From assembly GCA_963825525.1 (NCBI GenBank), contig CAWGTN010000003.1, positions 1 through 64,000 on the forward strand: a stretch of 64,000 nucleotides of DNA, in the 5' to 3' direction. Positions 1-11,115 of this stretch are shown here, piece after piece. Positions within the stretch are counted from its first letter, which is position 1. Every line of letters begins with the position of its first letter. The DNA comes from an uncultured Chloroflexia bacterium (lineage in GTDB: Bacteria; Chloroflexota; Limnocylindria; QHBO01). The notes below the pieces were generated by a model. It saw only the letters and a program-made list of their open reading frames with translations, had not been told where the DNA came from and made no database searches. The position numbers and the translations under genes were made by a program.

Positions 1-437
1 CCTCGCATCCGGGCAGGCATCGCCGCAGGCGCGCAAGGGCGCTCGGACGAGGTTGAAGCGCTCGATGACTTCGCTCAACGGGTAAAGGCACTCAGCAAAC
101 AGGCTCAAAGTGACCTCGTCTTCCCGCACCTTGCGTCGCTCAGGACGATGAACCTGTCCATGACCTCTTCTATGTCCGTCCCGATTCCAACCCGGATCCG
201 CAAGCTCTCGCCCAGGTGCTCCGCATCAGTCAGCGAGCGCGCGAACTGAACTTTGGGCCGAAGCAGTTGCTGACGTGGACTTTCACCTACCCGGAGCGGA
301 CACGGCTGATACATGAACTTGGGTCAGCCGAGGCTGCGTTGGTCTCCGCCTATTGGCAAGCGCGCCTTGAAATGACTCAGCGCCGCCGGTGGTCGCGGCT
401 GCTGCGCCGGCGAACTCGTGCCCAAGGCACAACCTAG
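1..437 (+). CDS. partial hypothetical protein (3' end, probably frameshifted)
   Basis: Open frames from the window edge lead into ORF 216..437, whose stop lies 12 bp before the next gene; no recognisable motif. Confidence 0.3.
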
Positions 438-449
438 GCTATCGGACTC

Positions 450-1281
450 GTGACCGCGATCGCGCCCATCAGCGACGCGGCATTGCAACGTCTGTGTGAT
501 GTTTTGGGGGACACGAGCCTCGGACTTACGGGAAGCGAGATTGGCCGGTTGCTGGCTAGGGCGGGAATCCCGGATGAGGAGCCAACGCTCACCAAACGGC
601 ATCGCCTGTTCATCGCTCTCGCGAATCAGCAGCTCCGCGACCGAACGGCAAATCGCGTGCTCGCCTGCGTCGAACTCGCCATGGAACCGGTTTTATACAC
701 GTCCGATGCAGGAAGTTTCGAAGGGCGCCGTAGCGAACTAAACGAAATCCTTGCTTTCTCCGGGATGGAACTGGGCGACGACGGCAAACTGCGTGCGGCG
801 GTTGCCGCGAAGACACTCAGCGAGGCAAAGACAAGGGCCGACCGGCTGCGGAAAACTCTGGCCGACCGCTCGATCCACAGTGAGGTTCTGAAGTATTGCC
901 GTCCCGAATTAGTCCAGCGCAATTACTTCCATGCCGTATTCGAAGCAAGCAAGGGGCTCGCTAGCGAGACTCCGCGAAATGAGCGGGTTGGGGACGGATG
1001 GTGCGGCCCTAGTGGATGGCGCCTTCAGTTTCACCGCGCCGTCGCCACCCATCATTGCTTTCAGCACGTTGCGGACGGCGACGGAGATCAGCGAACAGCG
1101 CGGGCTAGCCACACTTACAAAGGGAGTATTTGCGGCGTTTCGCAACGTCACCGCGCACGCGCCTAGGGCGATCTGGCCCATCTCTGAGCGCGATGCACTG
1201 GACATCTTGGGGCTCATTTCATTGCTCCACCGGCGCCTGGATGAAGCCGTCGTGGTGGTGACGCGTCGAGATCCGTCATAA
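450..1281 (+). CDS. TIGR02391 (Ymh, HEPN-like) family protein, frameshift near 960
   Basis: ORF 450..1166 (LGDTSLGLTGSEI...NYFHAVFEASKG) continues in ORF 931..1281 (DGAALVDGAF...SEQRGL...FRNVTAH), which carries an RxxxxH motif. Confidence 0.8.
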
Positions 1282-4200
1282 CGCCTCGTCGAGGCTAACC
1301 GTCAGGACAGTAGCGTCCTCGCTTGGCGCTAGGGTGCATCGGAGCGGGATGCCGATCGCTCGCGCCGCAATCAGGCCGGCCAAGTACTCAGCAGGAACGA
1401 AGCTCAGTTGGCGCTCGCCACTCCACAAGGCCAGGCGAACCGCGTCGGTATCCAGGGCAGGCTGCTCGGATGGTGACCGGCACTTCACGTTCGACAAGTG
1501 CCCCTGCCAGAGCAAATGTGAGTTCATCACCAGCAAGCAGTCGGCTCACCGCATCTGATCCTGGCTGTCGCGCGTACTCGAGCAGGGCCAGTAGATCTGA
1601 GGGCGACGGAGCGAACCGCTCGGTCCACTCCGGAACGTCCAGGGCAGCCAACCATTCGCGTAGCTCATGATCGCTGCCTTCGCGTGCGTAAGCTTCACCG
1701 ACGGCCGTCGCCGTAGTTCGTGAGATCACACCCGATCGCAGGAGCCGCAAAGCGTGCTCAGACTGAACGCCGTAGCGGACAAACGCCGGCAGATCTGGAC
1801 GGATGCGGCACCCCCGTCGGATCGTGCTCGACAAGGTCCTCATTGGCCCACGCGAGCACGGACCCAAGTGCCCATGGAAGGTAGTTCTCGAACGTGCCGG
1901 TCAGAAAGTCTGCCAACTGCTCCATCCGAAAACTGACGTCCGGGACTGCACTGAGATAGGTTTGCGCCATCGCATGGATTTCCTCCCCCTCGAAGCCAAG
2001 ATCGCAGCACGGCCGCAATGTCGACTTCGAAGTAGGTGATTCCTTGGCCGGCCCGCCTATTCCGGAACGACGTTGGGACGTGCTCGGATCCCTCGAGCAG
2101 CTCTCGCAGCAGCCCGTGCTCATCCAAGATGTCTATGACCGCAATGGGCGCATTGCGTTCCCCCTCAAGATCGATGAAAAGTTCAGCCAACCTGGCTGCG
2201 AGTCTCTCCAGTCTTGCTGCTGACGACAACGTGGTACCGGCCCTGGCTAGCCGCTGGCGTCATGCGGATCGAAGTCGCCGTATCGCTCGCCAGCGCGCAC
2301 CGCCGCACGCTCTAACCGCTCTCGCGTGCGCTGATCGGCTTGGTGCCACGCGAGGGTTGCTCTGACGGCCACTCGAGACCGAGAGGCAAGGTCGTTATCA
2401 TCGCCTGGCGTGGCTGGGAGAACGAACCAAACGTAGGCCAGGAAGTCTCCTAGAGATCGATATCCAGCCACGAAGACTGCATCGTGGCCGGCTCGCGTTT
2501 CATCCTCGAATTCCTGAAGGTCCGCGAGGGCTTGAGCCGTAAGTAGTTCTGACCTGACGTCCATTTCTTCAGTTGTTGGATCTAGTCGGTCAAAGTCCGC
2601 CGGCGAGAACTCCGCTTGGCGGGCCGGAACCACCCAGCCTTCGGTTTCCTTGGCCGCGCGCCCCGCCCGACCGGCGGCCGATGCGGGAGCCTGTCGCCCG
2701 TGATGAACTCCTCGAACTGGCCGCCGGTGCCCCACGTCCCCTGAGCCGATATCAACACCGTCCGCACGGGGAGGTTGACACCTTCCGTCAGCGTCGTGGT
2801 CGCGACCACGTACTTGATGTCTTCGTCTCTGACTGCATCCTCGATGGCAGCCAAGACGTCATCTGGTAGAGATCCGTGGTGATAGGCGACTCCGCGGCGG
2901 AGGCAGGTCGCAGCGGATGATCCCTGCCTAGGCGGGTCTGCACCAAGTCCGTGAGCCATGGCACCCCGTCGGCTTCAGAGCCCAGGAATTCGGCGAGCGC
3001 CTCGGCTAGACGCATCGCGTCCGGTCGAGTCGGGCTGATGATCAGAATGGGACCACCGCGCGATAGCACATCAATGAGGGGGGGCAACATCCTGTAGAAC
3101 TTGGTACTTCGCCCCGCCTCCCTCGTGTGGTTCGCTCTAACGAACAGTTCACCGACCGGTTCGGTAATGACTAACTTCGCGTCTCCACCGTCAACGGGCG
3201 GCCTCAGGTGAATAGCGCCGAAGAGCGGATACCGCGACAGAATCTGGCGTCCGGTGTTGACCCGCGTTCGGGCATCTCGGTCTGCTTCGGTTTGATAAAT
3301 GCCATACATCCGCCTCGGTCCGCGCCACCGAGAGGTGTAGGGAATGTACTTCACCCGTTGGATCCAACCAGTTCGCAATTTCGAGTTGGTTGCCCATGGC
3401 AGCCGACATCAAGATCAGGCGATGCGCGGTCTCCTCTGTCTTGTGATGCAGGAAAGCAAGGCTCGCTTCCAGCGTCCAACCCCGCGTTTTATCTCCCAGG
3501 AGGTGGGCCTCATCGACGATGAACAGGCCGAAGCGCCCTAGGAGATCTTCGTGATTCGTCCGAATGAGGTACGCCGGCCCGTTCGGGCGTCATGACTTCA
3601 ACCCGAGCAACCGGGCCGCCCTCATCCGGCGCATCTAGGATGTCGGTACTCACCTGTGCGTCCAAGTAGCGCAGTCGCCGTCTCTGACTGTTCCGCTACT
3701 TCTCGTACCAAGCTCCGGGTGGGAGCCACGAAGCAGACTCCAGTGTTGGTACTCGCGATGTGACTGAGGACGAGGAGTTGCGACAGAAGAGTCTTTCCGG
3801 AGCTGGTGGGGATGGATATGAATGCCCGTCGCACGTCGGCATTGAGTGGCGAACTGGGCGTGCCGGAACCGAGCAATTCGAGCTGGGGTGGCCACAGAGT
3901 GAGGACACGGGGTGAGGCCACGCTGAACGCCCGTCTGACCTCGGGACCCACGGACGGAGGGAGAACTGCAGCCAGATTGACGTCGCGCGCAGATCCCCAG
4001 CGATGCGGAATAAGTGCGCAGCCACCCATCGCGACGTTATGTCTGCCTGTGAGCTCGGGGCTCGAATGGCTTGGAGCAACGCCTGCGTCGCCGCCTCAAG
4101 ACTCCGTTGCTCACCCCGGATGAGGGAATTCAGAAGGCCCCGGACCCCGTCGATCACCCCACTCTGTGCAGCGTAGATGGTGTCTGTAGTGGCGACCTCG

Positions 4201-4727
4201 AGCTGGCGCTCGAACCGGCTCCGCTGCGCCTCAAGACCCGAGAGCTCCCGGTATAGGGATTCGACGTCGACCGAAAGAAGTGCCGTCCCCAGTTCTAGCG
4301 CGGTCGTTGACGAACTCGTGATCAATTCGAGCCCCGAGGGCGGAGGGATCTGGCGACGCCGGACTGCAATGGCATTGGGATCAGCGTCGCTTCTTAGGAA
4401 TGCGATCTGCGCGGCAAAGACGTACTGCAGGCGTTCGTGGAACTCGAGGTCCTCGATTGCTAGAAGAAGCAGATCAAAAATGTGCGCTGAGATGGCAAAG
4501 GCTTGGCGTTGTCTTTCGATGCCGTAGAGTTGGAGGGAGGCAAGCGCGGATCCGACACCGTGCAGGTACCAACCTGTTTGGGCCATCACTGTGGGTGGAG
4601 CGTTCTCCCCAGAGATTAGGCCGACCTCGGCTTCGGCCATCATTCGCCTAAGTTCCGTCGGTGTGGGCAGATGTGCGACCTCCCCTAGGGCGAGACCAAT
4701 CGCATCCAGCCCTAGAGGCCGGTCCAC
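1276..4727 (-). CDS. Ski2-like DEAH-box helicase, HamB-like, several frameshifts
   Basis: Motifs across consecutive minus-strand frames: SIPTSSGKT (Walker A), FIVDEAHLLGD (~3490-3525), MSAAMGN, GVAYHHGSLP, VATTTLTEGVNLP, AGRAGRA; long helical N-terminus. Confidence 0.8.
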
Positions 4728-5526
4728 GCCAAGTCCCGCACAAGATCAGAGGTGGCCGGCAGGTTGTCCAAACCCGCTACCAAAGCATTGCGGCAATGTT
4801 TGTCTGGAAACCTTGGAAAGTTGGTCGGAAATGTTCGAGAAGCACTGCGCGGGGGCTATGGATGTCGCAACAGCAACCCCGGCACCGGCACGGGGAGTTC
4901 CCGCTAACCCAGTGATCGATCAGCTCCGCGTAGACGCGCGCCCACCGTGGGTCATCGCTCTCTTGGCCGGCAGCTGAGTAGTGGGCTAGGTACTTCTCGG
5001 CTGATGCCTGCAACTGAATGTAGGCGTCCCTCACCGTTCGTGATACGGAGCTCGCCGAGGCGTGTTTCTTGATCTCCCAAAGCCGAAATGCCGGCGCGTC
5101 GCCGTCATAGATGACGAGTCCATCCCCTCCTGGAGCCGTTGCGTGAAACTTAGGCCCATGAACTCGAAAGAACTCGCCGTCAGTGGGCTCAGACGTGACA
5201 AGCAAGTACCACAGGTGCTCGGCAATAGCCCCCTGAACCTGATCGGCGGGTAGCGGCCTCGTGGGTTCCCCGAGAAGCGGGCCTACAAATGCGACAACGC
5301 CCTGACGCTCCTGATCAGAGTAGGGCTCGCCCCCTGCCACCACCCGCTGCCATGCCCGGGCGTATTGAGGTGCACCCACGCATCGGTTAGCCATGATGAA
5401 CTCAGCCAGCAAGCTCGCAATGGCTTCGGGCGTGGTGCCAGGATCGTCGGCCTTTTTAGTCCACCTTGTCCACGAGTGCAGCGGCAACTCGTCATGATCC
5501 AAGCGATCAAAGTGATCCGAGATCAC
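4712..5526 (-). CDS. PD-(D/E)xK-type nuclease, HamA-like, frameshifted near C-terminus
   Basis: QGAIAEHLWY...GGDGLVI...FRLWEIKK gives an E..D..ExK pattern; GTG start overlaps the DUF2075 TGA; reconstructed C-terminus ...LAWTGL* overlaps the helicase start. Confidence 0.6.
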
Positions 5527-7429
5527 CCGCGATCCCCTGATGGGCCGGTTCGAGCAAGATTTCCCCGCTCGGCCACGGCCGCCCGAGTCGTATCGTCCTC
5601 GAAGTACACGAAGCAGCCCTTGAGGCCGCGGGTGAGGAGGACGCGGTAGGTGCGTTTGACGAGGTCGGTGAAGCGGTCGCCGGAGCGTTGACGATGGAGT
5701 CGTGGCTGGCGCCGGAGTCGCCGATCCAGGTGGTGGTGGCGGGATCCCAGCGAAGGTCGCGGCCCCAGATGACGCCGACGTAGTCGAACTCGAAGCCCTG
5801 GGCGGTGTAGACGCGGCCGACATGGGCCGAGGCCATTCAGGTCGGATGCCCAGAAGTTCGAGAGCGGGATGCCGGGGGCGAGGCGGCCGGCATCGGGCAT
5901 GGCGTTCCAGGGCATATGGCAGGCGCCGACGGTGATGTCGGGGACGAGCGTGCCATCGGCTCCGGGTTGCTCCGGGCCAGCAGAAGCCGGCGGTCAGGCG
6001 GGCGGAGTGGCCCTCATCGGCCTTCGAGCGAATGAGCGCGTCGAGCTGCTCGACCGAGTCGACGATGCGGAAGTCGAACGTCTCGTTGTCGGCGTCCCAG
6101 GTCGGGGTGGCGGCCTCGGTCAGGCCAAGGGTGTGGTCGACCCAGGTGAGGAAGGCCTTCGAGCCTGACATGCGGAACTGGGTGTCGAGCTCGAACGCGC
6201 TGACATCGGCGCCGTTGCGATCGGCGGCCTCGAGGATGAGCTGGGTGCTGCCGGCCTCGTTGGGGCGGACGGTCTGGTAGTCGTCGATGAAGAAGACGGT
6301 GGTCTTGGCGGCCTTGATGAGCTCGTCCACCTGCGGGAGGTCGGTGCGCATCGCCTTCGGCGTGAAGCGGCTGGCGCTCGTCTCGCGCAGCCGATGCGCC
6401 TCGTCGAGGTGCGGACGTCGACGTCGTTCGCGGCGGCGTTGCCGTACTGGTTGAAGTACTTGAACTGCGAGCCGCCGGCGCGCCGTGCCGACGACGCGGC
6501 GGATGTTCTCGGTGAATGCCTTGGAGCCGGTGGCGTGCTGGCGTTGTAGCCGCGGGGGCCAGCTCGCCCACGAGGTGCAGGGCGATGACGCTCTTGCCGG
6601 TGCCGGCCCGCCCTGGATGAGGACGACCGACTTCTTCGCCTCGTGGTAGCCGGCGCGAGCCTCGGCCAGGACCGATTCGAAGGCGACCGCTGCTCGTCGA
6701 GGAGCACGAACTCGGACTGTGGGCCGCGATCATCGCCGCGGTGTGCTCGAGGAACTTGCGGCTGGGGCGGTACTCGGACTCGAGGACGCGGGCCATGATC
6801 GGGATGCCATCGCCCTCGCCCAGGTGGATGTTCGAGGTAGGCGGCTAGCTGGTCGGAGTGGTCGCCGGTGAAGAGGGGATTGGCGGTCCAGCGGATCGGC
6901 GTGGCGATCGGACCACAGCTCGCCGGCGGGGTCGAACTGGAGGTTGTGGAGGTAGCTGACGGCGGTGAGGCGCGGCCGCATCGGCGTGGTAGAAGACCGC
7001 GTGGTTGTCGAGCAGCCATTGCTGGTAGCCACCGACCTGGACCGATGGGTGGAGCACGCGGCGGACGGCCTTGCCCACGAAGGTCTCGACGCAGAACTCG
7101 GCGGGGGAGGGGCCGACCTCGCCACTCCACTGCTTGAGCTCGACGACGACGGCGTTCTCGGCGCTGGTGGCGGAGTGGCCGGTGAGCATGGCGTCGAGGC
7201 GGCGGCTGGTGTTGCCGAGCTGGTACTCGAGGATGACGCCGTGGTCGTTCAGCTCGGCCTGGTCGAGGAGCATCGAGAGCGCCATGAGGCTGTTCTGCCA
7301 GCCCGCGACCTCGCCCGGGCCGGGCTTGTAGCCGATGGTGGCGATGTACTCGGTGCGCAGCTTATCCGCGATGCGGTGGAGCTGGGCATCGGTCCGAAAC
7401 TGCTCGGTCGTGCCGGCGTAGAGCTTCAT
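5523..7429 (-). CDS. DUF2075 (Schlafen group-3-like) nuclease-helicase protein, many frameshifts
   Basis: N-terminus ILEYQL...RRLDAML...VVVELKQWS; Walker A GRAGTGKS; DEAHRL; C-terminus YTAQGFEFDYVGVIWG and YRVLLTRGLKGCFVY. Alternative TTG start at 7510. Confidence 0.8.
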
Positions 7430-7618
7430 CGGGGGTCCCAGCTGTATGGGCGCGTGCGGCGGCAATGCCTGGCTTCGGCGTGACGCGCGCTCGGGATGCG
7501 CGTGAATCAACCCCCTGTCCCCTCTGCGTCGGGCAGCTTGGCCGCTAGGTTAGCAATAGTTGTCCAGCGAGGCGCCTGATCGCGGCGCGATGGCAGCTCG
7601 TCAAGACCGGAGCCCTAC
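7250..7618 (-). repeat. repeat copy A: upstream promoter block plus first 60 codons of the DUF2075 gene
   Basis: 7250..7429 aligns with 8864..9043 and 12304..12483; 7477..7591 matches 9075..9189 with 2 differences. Confidence 0.9.
7547..7555 (-). promoter_or_regulatory. putative extended -10 promoter (TGCTAACCT)
   Basis: TGnTAnnnT on the minus strand upstream of a GAGGGG RBS-like tract; identical copy at 9145..9153. Confidence 0.4.
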
Positions 7619-8202
7619 CAGCTCTCGGTCCAGCGCCACCAGCCGTCGCCGATGAACTCGTATCGGTCCTCGCCGATGCGCGGCGGCTCGCCGTCGCGCG
7701 AGTAAGCAAAGCCAACAGGGTCCAGGAAGCCGGAGCCCCAGATCAGGAACCGAAACCCGTTCTCGTATCGGTCGATGCGCTCCACCGGGTAGAGCCCGAT
7801 CCAGGCGGGTGCGGCGTCCGTGTTCGCCGTGATCTGCGATGCGGCGTTCTCCATCCCCGCACGACTGGCGGCGAGTCGCGCGTCGAACGGGATCGGGGAG
7901 AGGAAGGCGTAGTAGGTCGCGATGACGAGGACCGGGAGTCCGATCCACTGCGCCCACTCCCGCGCCGCTAGCCGCAGACGCCGGTGTACGAGCGTCGGGA
8001 AGAAGGAATGAAGCCAGACGGCGAGCAGCACCGTGCCGGCCATCCCGCCCACGAAGAACATCAACCACGACGCGCGGCTGCTCGCCTCGAGCACCAACAC
8101 GGCAATCCCGAGGGCCGCCGCATATGTCCAGCGGTTCGGCGCAGCCCAGGTTCTTGCTGGAAGAAGTGCCGCAGGGACGATCGGCCTCTCGACTGCCGTC
8201 AT
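7615..8202 (-). CDS. hypothetical membrane protein
   Basis: 195 aa ORF with about 3 hydrophobic segments and a C-terminal soluble part; RBS-like GAAGGA. Confidence 0.7.
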   Translation of the reverse strand: MTAVERPIVPAALLPARTWAAPNRWTYAAALGIAVLVLEASSRASWLMFFVGGMAGTVLLAVWLHSFFPTLVHRRLRLAAREWAQWIGLPVLVIATYYAFLSPIPFDARLAASRAGMENAASQITANTDAAPAWIGLYPVERIDRYENGFRFLIWGSGFLDPVGFAYSRDGEPPRIGEDRYEFIGDGWWRWTESW

Positions 8203-8354
8203 CCTTCAGACACCCCCTTGCTCGCCGTTCACACAGACCTGGCCAGCTGGACGACTGTGTCCTCGACTTGGTGGTCGAACACTTGCCTCGAGCGCGGTAA
8301 CTGACTGAACCGTCGCCGACTGATCAAACGGCATGGCCGCTCCGTAGTTGCATG

Positions 8355-8822
8355 TCAGTCGCCCTCAAGCCCTCGGCGGTCTTCGACCAGCCGCTTCATT
8401 CTCTTCAAAGCGCGACGCGTCAAGATCGGAGCCAGGAGGCTCGTGAGCAGGCGATCGGGTAGCGTGCGCAGCGAGTCGGCATAGCGCGCCGTGCCTTCGA
8501 TGGTCATGAGCGTTCCGCCCTTCGTCGGCGTGAGGAGAGTGTGAGACGTCCCCGTCATGCGGTCGCTCGTGGAACGTAGCAGCTGCCGAATCGGCTTCTC
8601 GATCTCGACAACCTCGTTATCAATCTCGAACTGCTTGCCGCCTGACGATATCACGAGTCGCCACCTCGAGCCAACCGCGTCCATTCGATCAGTGAGCAAC
8701 TCGAAACGAGCTCCCTTCGGAAGAAGTTGCGTGGCCTCCATGGGGTTCTCGACAAGCCACCAGACCTCATCCGGCGTTGCACGGATGTGAATCGACTGCC
8801 GAATGCGGATGGGGTTCAGCAT
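8355..8822 (-). CDS. SRPBCC (START-like) family protein
   Basis: SIHIRATPDEVW...VGSRW...C-terminal helix ALKRMKRLVE. Confidence 0.75.
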   Translation of the reverse strand: MLNPIRIRQSIHIRATPDEVWWLVENPMEATQLLPKGARFELLTDRMDAVGSRWRLVISSGGKQFEIDNEVVEIEKPIRQLLRSTSDRMTGTSHTLLTPTKGGTLMTIEGTARYADSLRTLPDRLLTSLLAPILTRRALKRMKRLVEDRRGLEGD

Positions 8823-9043
8823 CGGATCAGCACTTTTCGGTTCACTCGTCTGCCCAAGTGGTGCAGCTCGCCCTGATCGAGGAGCATCGAGAGCGCTATG
8901 ACGCTGTTCTGCCAGCTCGCGACCTCGGACGGGCCGGGCCCGTAGCCGATGGTGGCGATGTACTCGGCGCGCAGCTTATCGGCGATGCGGTGGAGCTGGG
9001 CAACGGTCGGAAACTGCTCGGTCGTTCCGGCGTAGAGCTTCAT
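8816..9043 (-). pseudogene. truncated 5' copy (B) of the DUF2075 gene, a 75 aa leader-like ORF
   Basis: MKLYAGTTEQFPTVAQLHRIADKL...LDQGEL followed by an unrelated tail; its stop overlaps the SRPBCC start. Confidence 0.85.
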
Positions 9044-9218
9044 CGGCGTCCACGCTGCGGCGGTGCCATGCTCTGGCGTGACGCGCGCTCGGGATGCGCG
9101 TGAATCAACCCCCTGTCCCCTCTGCGTCGGGCAGCTTGGCTGCTAGGTTAGCAATAGTTGTCCAGCGAAGCGCCTGATCGCGGCGCGATTGCGGCATCCA
9201 TCAAGACCGCAGCCCTAC
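8864..9218 (-). repeat. repeat copy B: promoter block plus 180 bp DUF2075 5' fragment
   Basis: Direct repeat of 7250..7618. Confidence 0.9.
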
Positions 9219-9304
9219 GGTTATCCACCGCCTGACGGTCCACGAAGATCATCGTCGCTGGAAGGGGGCATGGGGGTAGTTGGACTGAGAGCAGGAGACG
9301 CACA

Positions 9305-10730
9305 ATGAATGCCTGTGGCTGGGGATCTGCTGTGCTGCATGCTTGTGCGCGCTTGCGCACGTGCTGCGCACGATCAGCGTAACTCCACGGCTGACGACGC
9401 GGCGACGACGGCGTCTGCACCTGCGCGAGGCGATCACCGCGCAACACCGACACCGCTCGGGCGCATGGCGGCGAGTGCGCGCGGCGCGGCAGCGACGCAT
9501 CAGCTTCGGCGTGGCGGCACATCACTCTGGCTCCGCGTTGCCGACATCAGCAGCGACATGTGGATCGACGGCGCGGGTGCATCACCGTCAGCGGCGACAA
9601 CTCGTTCCGCGTGTTCTTTATCACCGCTGGCACCGCACCTGTCCGGCTCACATCACGGCGGCTTCGCGGCGATGGCTTCGGCGGCGGCATCAATAACGGG
9701 GCAACCTGACGGTCACGAACTCGACGTTCAGCGGCAACACGTCGGCGGCATCTCCGGCATGGCGGCGGCATTTCTAGCTCGGAACTTTGACGTCACGAAC
9801 TCGACGTTCAGCGGCAACGTGGCTTGGGGCGGCGGCATCGCTAACACGGGATACCTGACCGTCACGAACTAGACGTTCAGCGGCAACAGGCGCTTGGAAG
9901 GCGGCGGCATCAGTAACTTCGCAACATGACCGTCACAACTCGACGTTCAGCGGCAACACGACGACACTGGTGGCGGCATCGCAATTTCGGAACTGTGACG
10001 TGCGAACTCGACGATCAGCGGCAACACGGCCATACTCGGCGGCGGCATCTTCGGCGGCGTGTAACGGCAGACGGAGACGTTGGTGAACGCATCGTTGCGG
10101 CAACACCGCGCGATCGGTGACATCACTCGGTGGCGGGATGACGAGCAAAGCGTAAGGGGGGCTGCATGACTTTGCCCTGATAGGGTGGCGACAACGGCGG
10201 CCTGACGCAGACCATCGCTTGGCCTGGTGGCAGGCAACCGGCATCGCCTCGGCACCAGCGCACCTGTGCTGCGCGCGGTAGCGGGCTCGACCAGCGTGGC
10301 TGCGCGCCGGCGGCCTGTGCGACATCGGCGCTACGAGGCCAGCGCGACGGTTGGGGCGCACACCGACGTGACGGCCACGGCCACCTCGACCGCCGGTGCG
10401 TCGTCAGCTACACCCCGCGGCGGCACCGACGAGCGGGTGGCACGGCCACGATGGCCTGCCTACCGGCCTGGGCTTGACCTTCGCGGTGGGCAGCACGACG
10501 GTGACTGCACCGCACTGAGCGGTCGGACTCAGGCACGGGCACCTTAGATGTCATCGTGGCTGGACTGCTGACCCACGCGACTCCAGCTCGAGCTCTGCGC
10601 CTGCCGATACCGCGCGTCCGACGGGAGTCCCGGGCTGCTGGCGTCGGTGCTAACCATCGTGCTGCTGATGCTGGCCTGGCCTCCGCGCTCAGGCAGGACT
10701 TCGGAAGCGGTCGGTGATCGGCCGCAGTAA
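9305..10730 (+). pseudogene. CSLREA / beta-helix / choice-of-anchor-Q surface protein, heavily frameshifted
   Basis: Remnants of NSTADD...CTLREAI, repeated GTCACGAACTCGACGTTCAGCGGCAAC (VTNSTFSGN) and GGGI units, DQRG...CDIGAYE, Thr-rich linker. Confidence 0.6.
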
Positions 10731-11115
10731 CCTCCGGCATCGGAGCGGCTGTGAATCCCGGCAAGTAGTCCGCATCAGCGCCAGTCGACGGTGCTGGTGG
10801 GCGCGGCGGATGGAGTTCGTGCGGCGGGCAAGGGCGGACGAATGGTGATCAAGAGCCCCCGGGATGAGCCGAGAATGGGGTTCGAGACGATGAGCACCAC
10901 GCAACCACGAAGAGCAAAAGCGCGGCGTGCGGCGTCTGCGGACAGGGCAGCGGATCAGCAGGCTCGGGCATCGGTCCCCTCGGCAGCAGAGCTTGTGGCT
11001 AGCTAGCTTGCTCAGAGGCTACCACCGGCGTCCAATGGTCATCGTTAATACTTGTTGACACCGCGGAGCATACTCGCCGAACTGGAGGGTACGGAGGGAA
11101 GGGGTGGGATCGGCC

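Noticed and set aside
4777-6351. 524-aa ORF that looks like a DUF2075-nuclease fusion
   Set aside because: The middle section is out-of-frame read-through caused by indels. DUF2075 C-terminal motifs lie in other frames, and a GTGA stop/start overlap exists at 5523-5526.
9700-10050. Repeated GAACTCGACGTTCAGCGGCAAC units as a possible CRISPR array
   Set aside because: They encode NSTFSGN beta-helix repeats, the intervening segments are related to each other, and there are no cas genes.
10791-11006. Short ORF upstream of the membrane-protein gene
   Set aside because: Low-complexity, with no motif or other support.
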